Of a stretch of DNA of 64,000 nt, positions 58,645 to 64,000 are shown in pieces. The DNA is from Candidatus Delongbacteria bacterium (GTDB taxonomy: Bacteria; CAIWAD01): contig OY760505.1 in the NCBI GenBank assembly GCA_963663545.1, positions 3,104,001 to 3,168,000 on the forward strand, written 5' to 3'. Position 1 is the stretch's first letter, and every line of letters starts with the position of its first letter. A model generated the notes under the pieces. It made no database searches. It was not told where the DNA came from and worked only from the letters and a program-made list of their open reading frames with translations. The position numbers and the translations under genes are program-made.

Positions 58645-61543
58645 GCGCAAACTGCAGGAGCTGACCCGCGCCGTCGAGAGCGCCATTGACCAGCTGGATC
58701 AAGGACATCCGGTTGGCGAGGAGCTCCAGTTTCTACTCTTGCGGCTCAGTCACCATTTGCGCGGTCGCCAGAAGGAACAGCAGGAGCTGCGCGATAGTCT
58801 GCGCTACACGCTAAGTGAATTGCATGCACGCCTGGATCAACTGTCCCGTGTGCGTGACCTGGCCGACTTCCTTTCAACGCATCGCGAAAGCGAAGGCTTG
58901 TTTGATCATCTGCCCGCCTTCTTCCGTCTGGCCTTCGGGGCCGAGGCCGCCTCGATTCTGCTGCTCGATCCACAGGAAGACCAGCTGGTCTTTGTCGGGG
59001 CCGAGATGGCCGATGGACGTCAGGATCTCGTGGGACAGCCGGTTGCCCTAGGCGAGGGTATCAGCGGCTGGGTGGCGGCGACGGGTCTAAGTCGCCTGGC
59101 GCCCGATGTGAGCCGCGATCCGCAATTCATGGTTCGTGCCGATTGCCCCATTACCATTGGGAGCCTGCTCTGTGCTCCTTTAATGGACGGCAAGCGCGTG
59201 CTGGGAGTCGTCAATCTAAGTCACTCGTGCAAGCAGCAGTTCAGCGAAGACGACGAGCTGCTGCTGAACATGCTCTGTGAGACGGCGTCGGTGGCCATTG
59301 CGCAAGCAAGGCTTGCCGAGGCTTTGAAGCTAGAGGCCGTCAGCATGGCTGGCGAGCTGGCGGAAGTGCGCGACTTCTTCTTCTCGATCGTGCGCTCCAG
59401 TGACGACTTGATTGTGGTTCTGGGTGCGGATCTGAAGGTGATCCTGGTTAGCGCGGCGCTTGCTGAGCTCTTGAACTACGATAGCAAGGAAGTCATCGAT
59501 CGCCGTCCCGGCGACAGCTTCCTCAACACTGCCTCGGCCAGCGAGCTGGAAAGCACGCTGCTGGGCGGCATGATCATTCGCGACCACGATGTTCTGCTCA
59601 ATCGCCGCGACGGCAGTCAGGTACACGCTTCCGTCAATGGCAGCCCGATCCGCAGTGAGCAGGGCAATACCATGGGCTACCTGTGTATCTTCCGCAGCAT
59701 CGAGCGCCGTGTGCGCGTCTACCAGATGCTCAAGGAACTCTCGGCCCGCCTGACCGTGCTCTTCGATGCGGCTGTTGAAGTGAGTTCCAGCCTCAAGGTG
59801 GACGAAGTACTCAATCTGGTGCTGGTGCACATGCAACAGCTGTTGGGTGCCGACGGTGGGCAGCTGATGCTGCTTTCCGCCGATGGTCGCAGCCTTCTGC
59901 GCTGGCAGCCCGAGTCGCGCCTGGCGGAGGAGCGCATTCCTCTCTCCGATTGCCCGGAGGGTGTGGTTGTGAGACAGCCGCGCCCGTTGCTGCTTTCCGA
60001 ACCCGCCGCCGTGAGACAATTTCTTCCGGACGCCGACGCCAGCCTGCAGAGTACCATGATGGTGCCGCTGGCGGTCAAGGAGGATGTGCTCGGCGTGATA
60101 CGCGTGGACAGCCACGATCCGACGCGCCTCTTCAGCAATCAGGATCTGCGTCTAGCCACAACCTTCGCGACTCAGGCGGCGCTGGCCATTGAGAATTCGC
60201 GTCTTTACTCGGCAACGCAGCGTGAGACAAATCGTCTGCGCGGCCTGCTGGATCTCTCCCGTGAAGTGGCTCGCATGCACAGCCGCGAGCAGATCCTGGA
60301 TCTGTTTGCACGCAGTTCGGTGCGTCTCACGGGCGCCCGAGCAGCCGTTGTGTACGAAGTGCGACCTGCCGAAGGAATGTTGCGTCGTGTAGCACAATAC
60401 ACCGACGATCTGCCGCTGAGTCCGGCGCCGGTCACCTACACGATCAACTATTTCAGCGATGACCCGTTGAACACGCTCCTGCGTGAGCCCGATATGCCGC
60501 TGCGCTACAGCCCGCTGCCGGAGACGCCGCCCGCTTGGGTGCCGGAGCCGGTCAACAAGGGAATCAGCCTTCTGGTTGTGCCCGTCGAGGAGGCCGGTGA
60601 TACATACGGCCTGTTGCTGCTCTACTGGGACGAGCAGGAACAGTTGATGTCAGAGGACGAGAGCTTCCTGAGCGTCATGAGCATGCAGGCGGCCAGCGCC
60701 ATTCGCACCGAGCGCCTACTGGCGGAGAATGAAGCCAGCCAGACCTTCCTTAGCAATGTGATCTATTCCGCTACGGATGCGATTATCGTGACGGATCGCA
60801 TGGGGCGTATCACGCTCTTCAATCGCGGTGCCGTGGATATGTTGGGCATTAGCGAGCGTGAAGCCCTTGGCCGCATGGCCAGCGAGCTCTACCAGGATCC
60901 TACCCTCGCGCGTAATCGCATGCGCCAGGCCTTGCGCGAGGACGAGCCCAGCATGACCTTCGAGACCGTTGTCATCAATGCCCTGGGCGGCGAGCTGACG
61001 GTACAACTTACCCTGAGCTGGCTACGCGACAAGAGCGGGCGCATCGCGGGTATTCTGGGCGTTGCCAAGGACATCAGTGAGCTGAAGAAGCTGGAGCAGG
61101 CAAGGCAGGAGGCCGAGCGCTTGAAGGACATCGAGCGCATGGCGGTAACGGTTTCTGATCGCATCAACACGCCCTTGGCGGTGATCATGATGCACCTGGA
61201 AATGGTGCGCGAGATGCAGAGCGGGCTGGATCCCGCCGCTGGCAAGAGCCTCGAGGCCGTCGAAGAGCAAGTCGGACGCGTCAAAACCATTCTGGACAGT
61301 CTGAATGCGCAAAAACGCGTGCAGATCAAGAAGTATGGCCTGCCAAATGTCGATATGTATGACCTGGAGTCGGGGGCGCAGACCGAGCAGGAGGAAACGG
61401 ACGATTCCGAGCCTGCGCCTCAAGTAAAACGGCGAAACACCGAAGAAGAGACAGAACGGAAACCTGCCCCTGTAGCGAACGCACCGCGGCGGTCCGCGGG
61501 ACATCGACGCGCGGTCAGGTCAGGCAACAGCGAGCGTGAGTAG
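58637..61543 (+). CDS. GAF/PAS multi-sensor with a degenerate HisKA helix and no HATPase
   Basis: GEGISGWVA..SLLCAPL (GAF), PAS, further GAFs, PAS, then AVTVSDRINTPL and a low-complexity tail. Confidence 0.8.
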   Translation: MSERKLQELTRAVESAIDQLDQGHPVGEELQFLLLRLSHHLRGRQKEQQELRDSLRYTLSELHARLDQLSRVRDLADFLSTHRESEGLFDHLPAFFRLAFGAEAASILLLDPQEDQLVFVGAEMADGRQDLVGQPVALGEGISGWVAATGLSRLAPDVSRDPQFMVRADCPITIGSLLCAPLMDGKRVLGVVNLSHSCKQQFSEDDELLLNMLCETASVAIAQARLAEALKLEAVSMAGELAEVRDFFFSIVRSSDDLIVVLGADLKVILVSAALAELLNYDSKEVIDRRPGDSFLNTASASELESTLLGGMIIRDHDVLLNRRDGSQVHASVNGSPIRSEQGNTMGYLCIFRSIERRVRVYQMLKELSARLTVLFDAAVEVSSSLKVDEVLNLVLVHMQQLLGADGGQLMLLSADGRSLLRWQPESRLAEERIPLSDCPEGVVVRQPRPLLLSEPAAVRQFLPDADASLQSTMMVPLAVKEDVLGVIRVDSHDPTRLFSNQDLRLATTFATQAALAIENSRLYSATQRETNRLRGLLDLSREVARMHSREQILDLFARSSVRLTGARAAVVYEVRPAEGMLRRVAQYTDDLPLSPAPVTYTINYFSDDPLNTLLREPDMPLRYSPLPETPPAWVPEPVNKGISLLVVPVEEAGDTYGLLLLYWDEQEQLMSEDESFLSVMSMQAASAIRTERLLAENEASQTFLSNVIYSATDAIIVTDRMGRITLFNRGAVDMLGISEREALGRMASELYQDPTLARNRMRQALREDEPSMTFETVVINALGGELTVQLTLSWLRDKSGRIAGILGVAKDISELKKLEQARQEAERLKDIERMAVTVSDRINTPLAVIMMHLEMVREMQSGLDPAAGKSLEAVEEQVGRVKTILDSLNAQKRVQIKKYGLPNVDMYDLESGAQTEQEETDDSEPAPQVKRRNTEEETERKPAPVANAPRRSAGHRRAVRSGNSERE

Positions 61544-61544
61544 C

Positions 61545-61928
61545 ATGAAGATTGTTGACAACAAATCCGTCCTGATCGTGGATGACGACCAGACCTTCCT
61601 GGACATTCTGGCCCGATTCATGGAGCACTACGGCTTTCAGCCTGTGTACCGTGCCTCCAATGGTCGCGAGGCCCTGGACATTTACCGCCAGCATCCGACG
61701 GACCTGCTGATTACCGACATCAACATGCCCGAGGTCAGCGGTATGCAGCTCATGGAGGAGGTGCGCCGCATCGACGCGGATGTCCCCATCATCGTGGTCA
61801 GCGGCTGGATCAAAGAGGAGCACCTACCACGCCTTGAACCTTTCCGTGTCACGGATACCATCTTTAAGCCCTTCCGCATGGATCGAATCCGCAGTGTGAT
61901 CGAGGGGCTCTTCGGCGAGGAGGCCTAA
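61545..61928 (+). CDS. Single-domain response regulator
   Basis: IVDDD, TDINMP, VSG, KPF. Confidence 0.9.
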   Translation: MKIVDNKSVLIVDDDQTFLDILARFMEHYGFQPVYRASNGREALDIYRQHPTDLLITDINMPEVSGMQLMEEVRRIDADVPIIVVSGWIKEEHLPRLEPFRVTDTIFKPFRMDRIRSVIEGLFGEEA

Positions 61929-61929
61929 G

Positions 61930-62376
61930 ATGTCCTGTGGCCGAATTCTGATTATCGACGACGACGAGCTGGTGCGTAAAAGCCTCAGCGAGTTTTTAAC
62001 GGCTGAAGGTTACGAGGTCCAGTGTGCGGCCGAAGGTGACCAGGGCCTGCGGCTGCTCAACGAGTTTGCGCCGGACATGGTCTTCCTGGATATCTACATG
62101 CCGGGCTGGTCCGGACTGGACGTGATACGCCGCGTTCGCCAGGTCAACCGCGTGATACCGGTTATCATGATTACCGGCTATGACAACCCGCAGATCGCCC
62201 GGGATCTGGTTTTGGCCGGTGCTACCGATTTCATCAAAAAACCTTGGAAATTGCCCTATGTGCTGCGTGTCGTGGAGGCCTGCATGGCCAAGCGCACACC
62301 GCGCCAACGGGCCCGCGACGATGATGCATCCCGCATCGAGGACGCGGTCGACACGGAAGAGAAGCAAAACGAGTGA
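61930..62376 (+). CDS. Single-domain response regulator
   Basis: IIDDD, LDIYMP, ITG, KPW. Confidence 0.9.
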   Translation: MSCGRILIIDDDELVRKSLSEFLTAEGYEVQCAAEGDQGLRLLNEFAPDMVFLDIYMPGWSGLDVIRRVRQVNRVIPVIMITGYDNPQIARDLVLAGATDFIKKPWKLPYVLRVVEACMAKRTPRQRARDDDASRIEDAVDTEEKQNE

Positions 62377-63086
62377 GCGAAAAGGACACTATGGGACCCA
62401 TTACACGCCTCAACCACGGACAGCATTTAAACGCCAACCTCTTTGATGAGACCGCCAGCCTGTCGTCGGAAACCTGGCGCATTTTCCGCATCATGAGCGA
62501 GTTTGTTGACGGATTCGAAAGCCTGTGGCACGTGTCCAACGCTATCGCCATTTTCGGCAGTGCCCGTTTGAAGCCCGAAGATCCGCTGTATCAGGCAGCT
62601 ACAGAAATCGGCCGCGGCCTGGGCGAGCTTGGTTTTCCCATCATCACCGGTGGTGGTCCGGGAATCATGGAAGCCGCCAGCAAAGGCGCTCACGAGAGCC
62701 CGTCGGAGTCTATCGGTCTCAACATCGACCTGCCGCACGAGCAGCACGCCAATCCTTTTCTCGATACCTGCATCGACTTCCGCTACTTCTTTGTGCGCAA
62801 GGTGATGTTCGTCAAGTTCGCCGCCGGCTTCGTCATGATGCCCGGAGGCTTCGGCACCATTGACGAGACCTTTGAGGTGCTAACGCTGGTGCAAACCAAG
62901 AAGATCGAGAAAGTACCCATCGTCTTTTACGGCGCCGAGTTCTGGAGCCCGCTGCTGGAGTGGATTCAGAGCCGCATGGTGAGCGCGGGCATGATCGAAG
63001 AAAAGGACCTGAAGCTATTCCGTCTCCTCGACAGGCCCGGTGAAGTCATCGATTACTTCAAGGAGTATTACCACCTGCACGAGTAA
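62373..63086 (+). CDS. LOG-family nucleotide phosphoribohydrolase (TIGR00730-type)
   Basis: FGSAR, TGGGPGIMEA, YFFVRKVMFVK, PGGFGTIDE. Confidence 0.92.
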   Translation: MSEKDTMGPITRLNHGQHLNANLFDETASLSSETWRIFRIMSEFVDGFESLWHVSNAIAIFGSARLKPEDPLYQAATEIGRGLGELGFPIITGGGPGIMEAASKGAHESPSESIGLNIDLPHEQHANPFLDTCIDFRYFFVRKVMFVKFAAGFVMMPGGFGTIDETFEVLTLVQTKKIEKVPIVFYGAEFWSPLLEWIQSRMVSAGMIEEKDLKLFRLLDRPGEVIDYFKEYYHLHE

Positions 63087-63328
63087 TCGCATTTTGCATG
63101 AACCTTTCGGGCACGGGCGCTATGACGAGACGCGCCCGTGCTTTTTACTCTCCTTGCCACGGGTGGCATGTGCATGCCGAATATTTGCTGCTTCCACCCC
63201 CCGGCTCCGCTTCTCAAGCGCCTTCATTTTTCTACCTTGGTGGTTCGCGACGCGACTGGTTGAAACACGGTTGTTTCAAACGGTGCGCGCAGGAAATGCA
63301 ACCAACGTAGGTACACGGAGGATACAGC

Positions 63329-63613
63329 ATGTCGCTTGAAGCCCTCGGCATGGTGGAGACCAAAGGTCTGGTCGGTGCTGTCGAAGCCGCAGACGCCATG
63401 GTCAAGGCGGCCAAGGTCGAACTGATCGGTCGCGAGCAGGTAGGTGGCGGTTTTGTGACCGTCATGGTCCGTGGTGATGTAGGTGCGGTTAAGGCCGCCA
63501 CCGATGCCGGTGCTACCGCTGCCGAGAAGGTCGGCGAGGTGGTTTCGGTACATGTGATTCCGCGGCCCCACGCAGAGGTGGAGATGATTCTGCCGAAGCG
63601 TTCCGGCAAGTAA
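63329..63613 (+). CDS. Bacterial microcompartment hexameric shell protein (EutM/PduA/CcmK-like)
   Basis: [42 protein letters not shown]. Confidence 0.96.
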   Translation: MSLEALGMVETKGLVGAVEAADAMVKAAKVELIGREQVGGGFVTVMVRGDVGAVKAATDAGATAAEKVGEVVSVHVIPRPHAEVEMILPKRSGK

Positions 63614-63620
63614 TCCCCTG

Positions 63621-63646
63621 GGGGCAGTCTTCGGGCTGCCCCTTTT
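63621..63646 (+). terminator. Terminator-like hairpin between BMC genes
   Basis: GGGGCAGTC-TTCG-GGCTGCCCC-TTTT. Confidence 0.65.
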
Positions 63647-63653
63647 CTGCACT

Positions 63654-64000
63654 ATGAGCGATTTTGCCCTGGGAATGGTTGAGACGCGCGGTTTGATTGC
63701 CGCCGTTGAGGCCTGTGATGCCATGCTCAAGGCTTCTGCCGTACAGCTTGTGCGTCGCCGTGTTACCTGGCCTGCCATCGTGACCATTTGTGTCACGGGC
63801 GAAACAGCGGCTGTCCAAGCTGCCGTCGACGCTGGCGCGCGTGCTGCTGCGAAAATCGGCCGCGTGCTTGGCTGCCACGTGATCCCGCGACCCGCCCTGG
63901 CTGTAGAGGAGCTTGTGGGCGGCCTGGGTCAGGATTCCTGGGTCCCCGAAGGCAGACTCGCCGAACTGCAGACCCCCGCTCCCCGGGCATTGGAGGAGAT
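63654..64000 (+). CDS. Second BMC-domain shell protein with C-terminal extension (truncated by window end)
   Basis: MSDFALGMVETRGLIAAVEACDAMLKAS..VTGETAAVQAAV..HVIPRP; absent from the ORF track because it has no stop in the window. Confidence 0.9.
   Translation, partial: MSDFALGMVETRGLIAAVEACDAMLKASAVQLVRRRVTWPAIVTICVTGETAAVQAAVDAGARAAAKIGRVLGCHVIPRPALAVEELVGGLGQDSWVPEGRLAELQTPAPRALEE

Noticed and set aside
63164..63177. TGGCATGTGCATGC as a sigma-54 promoter for the BMC genes
   Set aside because: Spacing is GG-N9-GC, not the required N10.

Overview
Bacterial chromosomal window of roughly 58% GC (visual estimate). LPS genes (waaA, a GT9) and T9SS-type C-terminal tails suggest a diderm of the FCB group (inference). 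In order it contains: an orp-like locus (NifX-family genes, DUF5320, two MinD/4Fe-4S ATPases and an NADH oxidase around a Cys-PAS sigma-54 activator); dut, a polysaccharide deacetylase and a MerR gene overlapping tRNA-Pro; a polyamine locus (SpeD-fold decarboxylase, agmatinase, DHS-like); a hairpin-rich duplicated intergenic element; an MBOAT+SGNH pair; an arginine-synthetase-like gene; two giant secreted lamin-tail/OB-fold paralogs; two S8 protease paralogs; hutU and hutI; housekeeping genes (miaA, pcm, smpB, tyrS, waaA); a SelW/Rdx selenoprotein missing from the ORF track; a large signalling cluster with three tRNAs; and the start of a BMC shell-gene cluster. The most striking signal is window-wide: GTGATAC/GTATCAC occurs about 80 times by manual count against about 6 expected, with variants GTGTTAC and GTGACAC also frequent. 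It forces rare codons and forms part of terminator hairpins, like a HIP1- or DUS-type iterated motif. All calls are from reading the sequence; no searches were run.
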